From Eledone cirrhosa (taxonomy: Eukaryota): a stretch of 64,000 nucleotides of DNA. How positions within the stretch are numbered: position 1 is the first letter of the stretch; the number at the start of each line of letters is the position of its first letter. The stretch is taken from assembly GCA_964016885.1 (NCBI GenBank), contig OZ024747.1, positions 86,304,001 through 86,368,000 of the forward strand, read 5' to 3'. The notes below the pieces were generated by a model. The model did not search any database. It worked only from the letters and a program-made list of their open reading frames with translations, and was not told where the DNA came from. This document shows positions 16,085 through 28,962 of the stretch, piece by piece. The position numbers and the translations under genes are program-made.

Positions 16085-16585
16085 ATAACAACCACTGAAG
16101 TTAGCACAACAATAACCACCATTATATCAAGTACAACAACCAACACCACTATATCTAGTACAACAATAACCACCATTATATCAAGTACAACAACCAACAC
16201 CACTATATCTAGTACAACAATAACCACAACAATATCTAGTACAACAATAACCACCACTATATCAAGTACAACAATAACCACCACTATATCAAGTACAACA
16301 ACCAACACCAAGTACAACAATAACCACCACTATATCAAGTACAACAATAACCACCACTATATCTAGTACAATAACCACCACAATATCTAATACAACCACC
16401 ACTACGACCACCACTATATCTAGTACAACAACCAACACCACCACCACTATATCTAGTACAACAACAACCACCACTATATCTAGTACAACAACCAACACCA
16501 CCACCACTATATCTAGTACAACAACAACCACCACTATATCTAGTACAACAACCACCACCACCACATCTAGTACAACAACAACAGT
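16085..16585. repeat. Degenerate ~27-bp minisatellite ACCACCACTATATCTAGTACAACAATA
   Basis: Direct reading. Confidence 0.9.
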
Positions 16586-17623
16586 TGTTTCCTCTACTCT
16601 CAACTATATCAGCTGATGACACTACATGATACGTCATTTTGACTTAGAACTAAAAAACTGTGCTCTCTACATAATCACTAAACCTGCTAGAAATAGCAGC
16701 GAAATCTAACAACACCCCAGAGACATATCACAAACAACACCAAAAGGAAGGTCACATTAGATAATGTAATTCTAGATAGCCCTGGAATGCCTTTGATCAT
16801 AGGTTTGCTTAGATCAGGTTTCTCCGGGGGCTAAACAGCCACCACCACTCCATCACTACAATACAAAATGTCGTCAAAACTGTAAAATTCCTCTCTCCTC
16901 TCCCCCTCCACTGCAATGGATGTTATTAAATGACAAATCTGCCTCCTCCCATTACTCTTCCTCCCCCTTCCACTGCAAAAGTTGAACAAGTGCAGTTTCT
17001 CTTGCTGCAACTCCTTGATCTTAATAATACTTTGGAAAACAGCATTTTACACAGATGCAGTCACTACAACCACCACCATCGTCGTCTAAACCACTACAAA
17101 CATCTGCACAGCCACCACCATCATCATCATAACCACCATGAAAACCACCACCACATTTATTTACCTGTTAAAACAACGAGGGGGGGGGGGCGAGAAGGAA
17201 CAGATTATAAGTGTGTGCGTGTGCGTATGTATGTGTATGCACGTGTGTATGTATGTATGTATGTATGTATGTATGTATGTACGTGTGTGCGATGTATATA
17301 TATATGTGTGTAAAAACAACAGCAACGAAACAATGGAAGTGATTTGAAGAAATAAAAGTTGACGGGCGATAGAGAGACATATATAACGGTGGAGAGAGGT
17401 GGTGAGGTATATATAGACAGCCAGGTACATACGATTGATAGTGATGGAGAGATAGGTGAATAGATATATAGTTAGACAAATATATATATATATATATATA
17501 TATAATAAGGAGTTGACGGACCCAGCATATTTATCAATGCCAAGACCGATTGTATCTGAGCATATAATATAAGATACATTGCCAGAGTATACACATAGTT
17601 ATTCGCTTCAATAATATATATAT

Positions 17624-17742
17624 GAAGGCGTGTGGTTGAGTGGTTAGAGAATTGGATTCACAATCATAAGGTTGTGAGTTCGATTCCTGGACCAGGCGAT
17701 GCGTTATGTCCTTGGGCAAGACACTTTATTTCACGTTGCTCC
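17624..17742 (+). mobile_element. tRNA-derived SINE head with CORE-like domain
   Basis: A-box-like TGGTTGAGTGG, B-box GAGTTCGATTCC, then GTCCTTGGGCAAGACACTTTA resembling the CORE motif; second copy at 43255-43398. Confidence 0.8.
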
Positions 17743-17871
17743 TTCTACCTGGAGTTGCGACCGATAGATAGTATTAGCAATTGGAAAGACCAACGGAAAC
17801 ATTGTTCCCTCGGTCCGATTTGACGAAAGTCGATCAACTCCTATATATATATATATATATATATATAGGAG

Positions 17872-17906
<35 letters not shown>

Positions 17907-18306
17907 GTCGTCAAGTATGAAAATTGTAGAAAAAAAAATTTCTACAAATTTCATACTTGCCTATATATAGATAGATAGATTTGTTTATACAGTGATAGAG
18001 TGGTAGGTGGACATACAGAAATATACATAGAGAGGTGGACCTATGGACAGATATATAGATAAGTAGATACGTAGGTGCAGACTTAGATAGTGATAGTAAT
18101 ATATAGATAGGTAAGGTACACATAGAGAGAGATATCAAGCTGAAACTTTGAAGTCACTGCCACTTTTCCACTAGAAAAATAAAATTAACACTACTGAGTG
18201 TTTATTCAGATAATGTGTTTGAATGTTTTAAGTACTATCGCATTTTAAACACCCATTTTAATTATATATATAATGATTTCCACACACACACACACACACA
18301 TATATA

Positions 18307-18383
18307 TAGGGCGTCCCCCCAAAATGTATTCACTTCAACAGTATTTTAATCAAAGTATGTATACAATTTTGGGGGACACCGTG
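18307..18383. mobile_element. Tiny Tc1/mariner-type MITE (~75 bp)
   Basis: Imperfect TIRs GGGCGTCCCCCCAAAATGTATTCACTT / AAAGTATGTATACAATTTTGGGGGACACC; left end abuts a TA run. Confidence 0.6.
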
Positions 18384-18514
18384 TGTGTGTGTGTGTGTGT
18401 TTAAAAGGTAAACAGAAATAACAACACAATCGGTACAGTATATGGAAGGAATATATATATATATATATATGTATGGAGGAGGTTATAGTTCACTTGAAGC
18501 ATTGTGTAATGAGG

Positions 18515-18806
18515 TATAAACGTTTGAATATGTGTAATAAAGCCAAAACAATGCAGGTATGGACACAGAAAAAAGAATGCAATTGTAAAAGATATTGTTG
18601 ACAATTCGTCCTTTACCTTAAATTTATTTAAATAAATTTAAGGTAAAGGACGAATTGTCAACAATATCTTTTACAATTGCATTCTTTTTTCTATGTCCAT
18701 ACCTGCATTGTTTTGGCTTTATTACACATATTCAAACGTTTATATATATATATATATATATATAAACGTTTGAATATGTGTAATAAAGCCAAAACAATGC
18801 AGGTAT
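18515..18806. repeat. Spacerless palindrome (115-bp arms, centre 18629/18630) plus a third partial inverted copy across (TA)n
   Basis: 18515-18629 versus 18630-18744 with one mismatch seen; 18761-18806 repeats the start of the arm. Confidence 0.95.
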
Positions 18807-19493
18807 AAATATATATATATATATATACGCATGCATATACACAGATTCATATGTAGGTGTACAGAGAGAGAGAGAATAGTTTCTAGAAAGATTGTCACAT
18901 CAACCGATCAAATTGATGCGGTTATAACAGCATGAAGTTTTTGTTGGCGATGGTGATAGTGATGACGGTAGAAAGGGCAATGAGGGCACAAAATGGGAGA
19001 GAGCGGTGGTGGTGCAAGATATAGTTAATGATATGCGTATATATGGAGGGGGGGGGGTAAGGTACGGAGGTAGAAAAAGGCAATGAGAACAGTGCTGAGT
19101 GTGGTGGTGGTGGTGGTGAGGTAAACTGATAGAGTGAGAGAGAGAGCAATAAGGTCATTAGAGAGGAGAGAGAGAGAGGATTGACTGATATTTAGATAAA
19201 TACACAGATAATGAGTGGAGAGATATGATGAAAAAGACAAAGACAAAGATAGATAGATAGATAACAGAGAAAACGTGCAGGATAGCGACGGGGAAAGAGA
19301 GAGAGAGAAGAGATATAAACAAGATGGAGAGAAATGCCGCTGAATCAGTATATATATATATATAAAGAGAGAGAGAGAGAGAGAAAGAGAGTGGGAGGAG
19401 CAAGCCGGAGAAAAAGCACTCAGTAACCTGAACAGTTATTGATCTTTTACAGGATTTGCACTTGACCCAAGTTTACTACCAATTCTGTAACTA

Positions 19494-19531
<38 letters not shown>

Positions 19532-19560
19532 CATTATATATATATATATATATACATACA

Positions 19561-19598
<38 letters not shown>

Positions 19599-19782
19599 TC
19601 ACACACATATATACACACTGACACACACCACGTTCTATCTCCACCTCACCCGTCTATCTTACACTTACTCTGGCTCCTATATCTATGCTTCGTTGTTAAA
19701 TCATTCGTTATATATATATATATACAACGAATGATTTATACTCACACACTACTCTTTATCTACCTCCACCTCTCCCTCACTC

Positions 19783-19813
<31 letters not shown>

Positions 19814-20224
19814 TATTTATCTCCAGCTCTCCCTCTATATATCTTACACCTACACACACTTTCCCATTCTATCTATCTATCGCTGTCTTTCACCGTTGTT
19901 AAAATCATTCGATGCCTTTCATTTTGCTTTGCTTTTACTTTTTGCCCGTTTGCATTCTCATCTCTTTTCTCTCTACGTTGTCACTGCAGCAGCTGATGTT
20001 GCTGCTGCTGCTGCTGCTTACTGTTGTTGCTATAGTGTGTATTAATTAATATGCACTGATTAACCTCAGCCGAGTGCACTACACCCCCACTCTTTGTCTT
20101 TATATATCTAATAAATCTATCCCTCCCTCGTGACTACCTTATTCTCTGTCTCGTTCTCTACATATTCTCCTCTCTCACACTACCTTCCACTGTGTTTATG
20201 TATATCTACCTTAATTTGTATATA

Positions 20225-20270
<46 letters not shown>

Positions 20271-20466
20271 TGCGTGCGTATGTGCGTGTGTATGTATGTC
20301 TACCTCACTCGCTTTGTACCTTTCTGTGTTTATGTAGTTGTCTGTCTACAGCTCTCTCTCTATATCTCTCTGTGTCTCTAACTCTGAAGCTCCTGTGTAT
20401 TGTAAGCTGTATAAAATCAGACATAACCGACTCAGCAACTTGTGATTGGTTAAGCAGAGAGGCAGA

Positions 20467-20479
20467 GTCATTCGGTGCA
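20467..20479 (+). promoter_or_regulatory. Candidate transcription-factor site GTCATTCGGTGCA, copy 3, ~20 bp from an inverted CCAAT (GATTGG)
   Basis: GGCAGAGTCATTCGGTGCA versus GGCTGTGTCATTCGGTGCA at 11633 (17/19 identical). Confidence 0.45.
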
Positions 20480-20886
20480 CACTAACACATAAACAACTAT
20501 AACTATAACAACAATAACAATAAGGTCGTTTTACAACAACAATAATAAATAATAACAATAAGGTCGTATTACAACAACAATAATAAAAATAGAGAGAATG
20601 TGTAATACATGTGTCTATACACACACACACACACATATATATATTTACATAATGAAGAGATGAAGCATGTCAGGTAGAACGGACACACACACACATCTAT
20701 ATATATATATATTACACACACAAGCAGATATATTTTTGGAATGTGCATTAAGGAGTTTTGATGTCCGAGGAGAGGTGGGAGGTGTGGGTGACGAGGTGAG
20801 ATATGGAAAGGTGGTGGTGGTGGTGGTAGGAGAAGACAATACGATTCTCAATAAAATCAGTCATGTCAGTGAAATAAATCTATTGG

Positions 20887-21230
20887 AAATTATATGCGTG
20901 TCTGAGTATTTTGAACAATGAAAATATAAGTCACATATAGGTCGTTAAGATTACTTCATTGGTTTACGATCGTTTGAGAGGGCTGATAGATAATGGCAAT
21001 TCGAATGATCGATCACCAGGTGGTGATTATGTCACCACCTATTTTTAGTGCCAAAATTCGAGATCAATCACTGTCTCGAATATCGGCACTAAACATAGGT
21101 GGTGATGTAACCACTACCCGGTGTTTGGTCATTCGATTTACCATGATCGACCAGTCCTCTGAAACGATCGTAAAACAATGAAGTAAGCTGACTTTTGTTT
21201 TATTTTCCTTGTTCAGAATACACATATTTT
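20887..21230. mobile_element. Foldback/MITE-like imperfect palindrome, centre ~21068
   Basis: TTACTTCATTGGTTTACGATCGTTT...TAGTGCCAAAATTCGAGA pairs with TCTCGAATATCGGCACTA...AAACGATCGTAAAACAATGAAGTAA. Confidence 0.8.
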
Positions 21231-21344
21231 AATGACTCTGCTGCCTGTGTATACATTCTTCGAAGATACCTTATGTGACCGGTGCCTACCATAAACTTAA
21301 GCTCCAAAAGCATTACCTTGAGGAATCTACCACTACAAAGCTGC

Positions 21345-21860
21345 AGGATTTGAACTCAATGTAAAGGGACATAGCTATATGCCGCAAAGCATGTCCGACG
21401 CTCTACCGATATTGCCAATTCACCGCCAATATTATTATTAATAATTGTTTCTACTTTAGGCACAAGGCCAGCAATTACCCAGTGCATTACTGGTACTTTA
21501 TTTTATCGACCCCGTAAGGATGAAAGGTAAAGTCAACCTCGGCGGGATTTGAACTCAGATCGTAAAGGGGCGTAACTATGCTGGAAAGCATGGCGTCCGA
21601 CCCTCCACCGATACTGCCAATCCATCGCTGTTAATTAATAATAATAATAATTGTTTATATATTTGGTACACGGCCAGCAATTTATAGGAGAGGAAAGTCT
21701 ATTATATCGACCCCCCCAGTACTTGACTGGTACTTTATTTTATCGAACCCTCACCTCTCAAGGCTGAAATGTAGGGCTGACCTAAACGTGGTTTGGACGA
21801 AAAGTGGCAGAACAAATGGCACAAAACATTTTGTCCAATGCTCTAACGAGTCTGTCAATA
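21345..21860 (-). mobile_element. Cluster of tRNA-derived SINEs with Meta-like domain; full copy 21440-21628
   Basis: Minus strand: TGGCAGTATCGGT A-box-like, GAGTTCAAATCCC B box, CCTTTCATCCTTACGGGGTCGATAAAATAAAGTACCAG central domain, (ATT)n tail. Confidence 0.85.
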
Positions 21861-22517
21861 CATAACCCTCGTGACAAAATAATCATCATTACACACAATA
21901 GAACAAACATCAAAATATCAAAGAAACTACAAGCTAAACTCCACACCATAACAAGATTGATGCAGTACACTAACAGAAGTCCATACACCTCCCTTCAACA
22001 AAAATAACATATAATGCTGCACATACCCCAGGGACGTGGCAGGTGCACCGAGTAATACAGTAGAAACTCACATGTAACTTGTCACAGAAATAATAATTTA
22101 TTGTGTGTGTATGTATGTATGTATGTATATCATCTTACCTCCACTTTCCATGCCAGCATGGGTTGGACGGGCCGTCACGATCTGAAACTAGACTGTACTT
22201 GGTGCTTGGATTTTATTGTGGCACTAGCCCTACCACATGTATATGTGTATGAAGCCACAACAAACATTTTTAGCAGAGTAATTCACTATAACTAGTATGG
22301 TAAAGATCATTCTTTCATCTGTAGTCTAGTGGTTGGTAAAAAAAATTAGGTGTAGATGAATAGTTTGAGAGAGCTGTGCAAGTCAGAAGGCATGTATGCT
22401 GGCTGAAAGGTGAGAATTAGCAATAAATCCTCAAGGAATTTAACACTCGGGTAGGAGTTCACCAGAGCTAGGTTTTTGCCCTACTCCTGTTTATTTTACT
22501 TTGGAACATCAAGGAAT

Positions 22518-22746
22518 TTAATCCTTTTGATACCAATCCAACCAAACCCAGATCTCATTCTCTAAAACAAAACTATCTCTTTTAAAGGGTTACTATTTAA
22601 ATTAAAATCATCCAACATAATTTTATATTAGAATGACATATTAATGTTAATTTACTAGTAATGAAATAATGTTAGTAAATCCCTCAAAATTTTGTGAACA
22701 TGTTTCTAATTAATCATAATTAGAAATATGTTCACAAAAGGGTTAA
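22518..22746. mobile_element. piggyBac-like MITE
   Basis: TTAA-TCCTTTTG at the left end and CAAAAGGG-TTAA at the right end (short TIRs, TTAA target). Confidence 0.55.
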
Positions 22747-24109
22747 TAATGACTATGAGAACTCTTGGATGGAAACGACCTAGTTAACAGCTAAATCTGT
22801 GGAAGATTTAGAATAATTTGAAACAGAGAAGCAAAATGTAGAATTGATATAAACTTAGCCGACTAAATTTACAGTTAACAGCAAAGACAGGACTTCACTA
22901 ACATTCCTACAAAATATTATTTCTGATAATTAATTATTTGTAGAAATATTTTTTTAGTTACATAAATAATTAACACAAATATTTTTCCATTTTCATAATA
23001 TTTAATAGAATTTTTTGTATCTATTTATCATCATCATCATTTAAAATGAACATTAGAATTCTACTAAATATTATGTAAATGAAAAAAAAAAAAAATCACA
23101 TTTCTACCAATTATTTATGTACCAATATGTAAAAAAATATTTCCTTTCTATTAAATATTATCCATGTAATTAAAATGAAATGCACAAGCGAGATATTGAC
23201 CTCTGATATGTCTAGGGGGATGGTAATTCTGAAAAGGAACTGACTCAAACTGAAACAAATCTACCCAACCCATGCCAATCAGGAAATTGAATGTCAAATA
23301 ATGATGATGATAAATCTAAATAATATTCAGAAATAAAACACAAACTCACATACAGACACACACACACATATTTTGGCAACATCTTTGAGGTAAACGATAT
23401 GTGATATTCGTTCATAAGTTTTTCCTTACACACATTTTATAAATATGTCTGCATGGATAAATGTATAATTAGGTACAGGTAAACCACATTTTTGAGTGAT
23501 GGATTCCTAGACTCGGTAGAGTGATAAGCAAAATATCTTGTAATATTTAGTTACACCTCTATGTAGCATTTTGAGTTCAAATCCTGCCTAAGACAAACTT
23601 TGCCACTTATTCTCCTTGGGTCAATTAAGTACCAGTGAAGATTTGGGGTTGATCTAATTTAGTTACCTCTATTTAGCATTTTGTGTTCAAATCCTGCCCA
23701 CGTCAAACTATGCCTTATATTCTGGGGAAAGTAAAAAGTGTTGAACTGTGTTAAAAAGTAGCTTCAAAATGAACATTTAACAAATAAATTTAAAATATAT
23801 ATTATATAAAGATTGTCTGTAGGCAACTTTTTACATTTTTGGTTGATAATTTAATATGATATTCAATAAGATTCTTAACTTTAAAAATTAAAATGTTTAA
23901 GTAGAAAGTAGACCAAATAAAATAGTATGCAGCTTTAAAAAGTAGCCTAATGTGTTATTTGAAGCCCAAGCTGCAATCCTGTGGTGAAACCATGTTGTTT
24001 AACAAACATGTCTGTGCTAATAATACAAGCACAATAAGGACAATGACAATTTACTGTCACATCTTTTTGACACATTGAATATTATGGTTCTTCATGAGGA
24101 ATGATGGAA

Positions 24110-24544
24110 CTTCTTTAGGTTTCCACAATAAGCAGTCAGTTGTTTGGTCAACTGAATAGCTAACTTATGAATTAACATGTAAGAGGTTGAATATTCGATA
24201 GACTTAATTTAATTCCAAAGCTGAACCAGTGTGATAGAGTATGTGACAAGGCAGGACTGCTGAATTACAGGTATCTTGTATTATAGTGTATGTGGCTGAG
24301 CACACCACAGGAATGTGTACCTTTAACATAATTCTGAAGCTGGAATCCGTATGACAAAATATGTAACAATGATGGTCCTTTGAACTGCAGGTAGAGTCCA
24401 TTTGTTTACCCAATTTCACTCACAAGAGATTGGGTAACCTGATGCTATAGTAGGAGAGACTTGTCTAAGGTGTCATGCAATGGGAATGAATCTAAAACCA
24501 TGTCATTGCAATGTGAATTCCTTAACCACACAACAATGTTAGCA

Positions 24545-24548
<4 letters not shown>
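24110..24548 (-). mobile_element. Old tRNA-derived SINE(s)
   Basis: Minus-strand head TGTGTGGTTAAG...GATTCATTCCCATTGCATGACACCTTAGACAAG; body shared with 15775-16075. Confidence 0.55.
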
Positions 24549-24581
<33 letters not shown>

Positions 24582-25102
24582 TCTGGTTATATTGCAATAA
24601 ATGCTGGCATTACCCTGTTCAGCACTCAATGTGAGTACTACACATTCATGTCATGGAATATCAGTTATAGGGATGTACACTAGCAAGTTTCTTTTATAAA
24701 TAAACCTTTGTTAAGCTGCCAATTATTTCTCCAATCTCTGGTGTGTGTGTGTGTCTTAGATGATATTTTATTAAATAAATATTTTTAAAAAGTATGTTTA
24801 CTAGAAGACTGGCGTTTTGTAAAGTGGAGTGGGGTTGAGTTAAAGAAGTCATGAGTGTGACTGGGGGGGGGGGTACAGTCACACGGGGAGGGGAGGGTTA
24901 AAAAATGATGGGTGCTGAGGTATACGAGATTTTTAAAAGCCCCAAACACCCACTACAGCTAATGGCCCTACCATCACCTTCTAAAGAACAACAGCCAGAG
25001 TAATTAGTAGAATTAGTAAATGAAGAAAAGTTCAAAGAAAGGAAAAGGCAGTCCCAAAGTGACTAGACAGTGACCCACTTATGAAGTTTTATTATGACTA
25101 AT

Positions 25103-25645
25103 AATAATTGTTTCTACTTTTGGCACAAGGCCAGCAATTATCCCAGTGTATTACTGGCACTTTATTTTATTGACCCCGTAAGGATGAAAGGCAAAGTTAA
25201 CCTCAGCGGGATTTGAACTCAGACCATAAAGGGCCGTAACTCTTTGCTGCAAAGCATGGCGTCAGACCCTCTACCGATACTGCCAATCCACCAAGGCCAG
25301 CAGTTTTGGAGAAGGGGAAAGTTGATTAATCGACCCCAGTGCCTTACTGGTACTTTATTTTATCAACCCCCGTAAGGATGAAAGGCAAAACTAACCTGGG
25401 TGGAATTTGAACTCAGACTGTAAAGGACTGACTAATAATAATAATGGTTTCTAATTTAGGCACAAGGATAGCAATTTGGGGATTGAGAAGTCGATCAAGT
25501 CAACCCCAGTTCTTTACTGGTACTTTATTTTATTGACCACAGAAGGATGAAAGAGGAAGCTCATCCTGGCAGAATTTGAACTCAGAATGTAAAGAGCCAA
25601 AGAAATACTACACAACATTTTGTCCAACACTAACAATTCTGCCCA
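25103..25645 (-). mobile_element. Three tandem Meta-like SINE copies
   Basis: Repeated TGGTACTTTATTTTAT(C/T)GACCCC..AAGGATGAAAGG..GATTTGAACTCAG blocks. Confidence 0.85.
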
Positions 25646-26949
25646 TCTGATGGTGGTAGTGGTGGCAGTGGTGATGATGCTGATATTAACTTAAGTGATT
25701 AACATGAGGAGATAGAAACACTTCATATGTTGTTCTGAAATATGAGAGAAATTCAGTTATACAATAGTGGATGGGGGTTAGCTTATATATGTTACTAAAT
25801 TCTCAAAATTTTTCATTATTTACACAGTTATTTGAAAATCATAGGCAATATCTTTCATTAGAAATGCAGTAATGAAAGCATTAAAGTGTTTATATTTATC
25901 TAAAGAGCTTCCATCAGAATTCTAGGTAAGAACCTTTGTTATTCCCCATACTAAATCTCACCAATGATTATTTTCAAAATAATTTGCAAATCAGACAGTA
26001 TCTTGCATAGGGTAACGAAAGGGATAAATGCTTTTGTGGCATTTGTTCCCACTTTTTGCTCTCTAAGTTACATAGCACACCATAGTAAACTTTGTCATCC
26101 TTTTGGAGGTTGGTTAATAAAGTATCAGTCAAAGGTTTTAAGTTCAAATCCAAAACTCCTGTTGCCTGTCACCAAGAAAATGACAGCATGATAGGATCTG
26201 AGCTCCTATCAATAAAGCATCCCAGAAACCTCTTATGAGATACAACCACATAGGACACCAGCTAACCCTACATAGGTGTGAGTTGTAACAACATAATATA
26301 TATGTGTGTGTGTGTTAGACCAGCAGGTGAGATATACAAATTCACAACCGAAACACATCAAAATAGCATGGAAGATGGACAAATAGTGATGATGATGATA
26401 ATTTACTGGTTCTAATCATTGGACTGCAGCCATTTTGGGCACTGCCTTGGTCATCATTATCCTTTTTATGTCAGTTTGGCTGCAGTCCAATGATTGGAAC
26501 CAGTAAAATATTATCATCATCATCGCGCACATCTGTCTATGTGTAAGCAAGGAAAAGCTGATATAAAAAGGATGATAATCAAAGCAGTGCTCCAGCATTG
26601 CCACTGTCCAAAGATTAGAATCAGTAAAACAAAAGAATATATTCAGACAGAAAAAACAAAAAAATGAAGTGTAGCATGCAACAATATTTCGTACTGAATA
26701 ATCTGCAGATTTTATTGTAAATGTCTGCTGCAGCAACTGCAGGTGATGGTGACAGTAACAGTGGAGGTGATTATGGTGGTGGTTGTGGCAGTGGTGATAG
26801 TGATGATGATGGTGGTGATGATGGTAGTAATAATGATGATATTGGTGATGATGGTGGATGTGGTGCTGAGGAAAAAAATATCTCTTGAAGTCCTTTGTTT
26901 TGGAAAGTATTTTGCCAAGTGTGAGGAATGAAGGTGAGGAGAGAAGGAA

Positions 26950-27770
26950 AGTAGTGGCAGACTATAAGGAGAGGGTGGTGGTGGTAGACTGCAGAGAGAG
27001 AGGGGAGGTAGTGGTAGACTGCAGAGAGAGAGGGGGGTAGTTGTAGACTGTAGAGAGGGGGAGGGGTAGTGGTAGACTGTAGAGAAAGAGAGGGAGGTAG
27101 TGGTAGACTGTAGAGAGAGGGGGAGGTAGTGGTAGACTGTAGAGAGAGAGGGAGGGAGGTAGGTAGTGGTAGACTGTAGAGAGAGGGAGAGGTAGTGGTA
27201 GACTGTAGAGAGAGGGAGAGGTAGTGGTAGACTGTAGAGAGAGGGAGAGGTAGTGGTAGACTGTAGAGAGAGGGAGAGGTAGTGGTAGACTCTAGAGAGA
27301 GGGAGAGGTAGTGGTAGACTCTAGAGAGAGGGGGAGGTAGTGGTAGACTGTAGAGAGAGGGAGAGGTAGTGGTAGACTGTAGAGAGAGGGAGAGGTAGTG
27401 GTAGACTCTAGAGAGAGGGGGAGGTAGTGGTAGACTGTAGAGAGAGGGAGAGGTAGTGGTAGACTGTAGAGAGAGGGAGAGGTAGTGGTAGACTGTAGAG
27501 AGAGGGGGAGGTAGTGGTAGACTGTAGAGAAAGGGGGAGGTAGTGGTAGACTCTAGAGAGAGGGGGAGGTAGTGGTAGACTGTAGAGAGAGGGGGAGGTA
27601 GTGGTAGACTGTAGAGAGAGGGGGAGGTAGTGGTAGACTGTACAGAGAGGGGGAAATAGTGGTAGACTGTACAGAGAGGGGGAAATAGTGGTAGACTGTA
27701 CAGAGAGGGGGAAATAGTGGTAGACTGTAGAGAAAGGGGGAAATAGTGGTAGACTGTAGAGAGAGGTAGA
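26950..27770. repeat. Purine-rich minisatellite, 29-bp unit GGTAGTGGTAGACTGTAGAGAGAGGGAGA, ~28 copies
   Basis: Unit starts at 27191, 27220, 27249; variants are clustered along the array. Confidence 0.95.
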
Positions 27771-28899
27771 GAGATAGGGAGTGAGAATGAAGAGAGACAG
27801 AGGGGAAGAGATGAGAGAGAGAGATGAGATGTGGTAGAGAATAGAGAAAGAGAGGGAGAGATAGAGAGACAAAGGAAGCAAGAGATAGAGATAAAGGTGT
27901 AGACAAGAAAGAAATTGAAGTGATAATATTTATTGTTTTAATTAGATTTGGCAGCAGCAGGTAAGAAGAACTGTAGAATTACATTTGATATTAGACAACT
28001 GTTAAAGATGAGAAAATTATAACACTGAACTACTTGTGTGTGTGGAAAACTAATATTTTTTTTATATATATATATACATAGTGTACTTAAACATTTGAAA
28101 TAAGTTCATTCAAGTAATTTATTGTAACAAATCTCATATTTTGAGCTAATAACTTCTTCACCAACCTTTATTTGTTTTGTATTTGAAATCGACTAAATTC
28201 TAAATTAATTATATATACATACAAACACCACAATAATTTAATGGAAAAGGAGGGCACCATTTCTACCATTATCACCAAACTGTGCACTAAAAACCTTGAT
28301 AAGGCAGTTATATTATTAAATTCCTCCATATTCTCGTTATCTTCAAAATTATTGGAAAAGCAATAGCAGTGCCCTTCATTAGAATATGCCAACAAAAGTG
28401 TTAGAATGTTTATATTTATCTAAAAACTTTCCTGCATAATTTTATGTAACAACCTTTAAATTATTTTCCAAACACTAATTTAGTATTGGAAATTATTTTC
28501 CAAACACTAATTTAGTATTGGGAATTATTTGAAAACCATAGGCAGCATGTCTCATTAAAAATATGATAATGAAAGGTATAATATACAGACAAACCATTTT
28601 CTAAGTATATAGGGCAGGGGTATGCAACATATTCCATTGGCGGACCACTTTTGAATATTGGAACAACTATTAGAGCCAGTCACTGTCAAAAATATGTAAT
28701 CTAATGAAAACCAGTGAATTGAGTCATAAATATATTGTGAATACATATTTAAACAATAAAGACAAATAACATGGAACTGGGAAATGATAACACACACAAC
28801 CCTATCAGTGAAGCCCTTTAGTATAGGTCAACTAACAGAAAATTGTATTACAGTTATGAAAAAAATTCTAAATAAGCTTACAAGGTAAAAATTAAAAAC

Positions 28900-28962
28900 G
28901 GTAATCGCGGGCCACTCTGACGGGCCGGATTGCAGCCCGTGGACTGCCTGTTGCAACCCCTG
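28900..28962. mobile_element. hAT-Charlie (MER58-like) MITE terminus
   Basis: GGGCCGGATTGCAGCCCGTGGACTGCCTGTTGCAACCCCTG resembles the Charlie-type subterminal and TIR motif. Confidence 0.5.

Noticed and set aside
17624-17700. tRNA genes here and at 43255
   Set aside because: A/B boxes are followed by SINE body and no full cloverleaf was found
22920-22960. CTGATAA...GAAA hammerhead-like motif
   Set aside because: C3-A8 mismatch and no convincing stems in very AT-rich sequence
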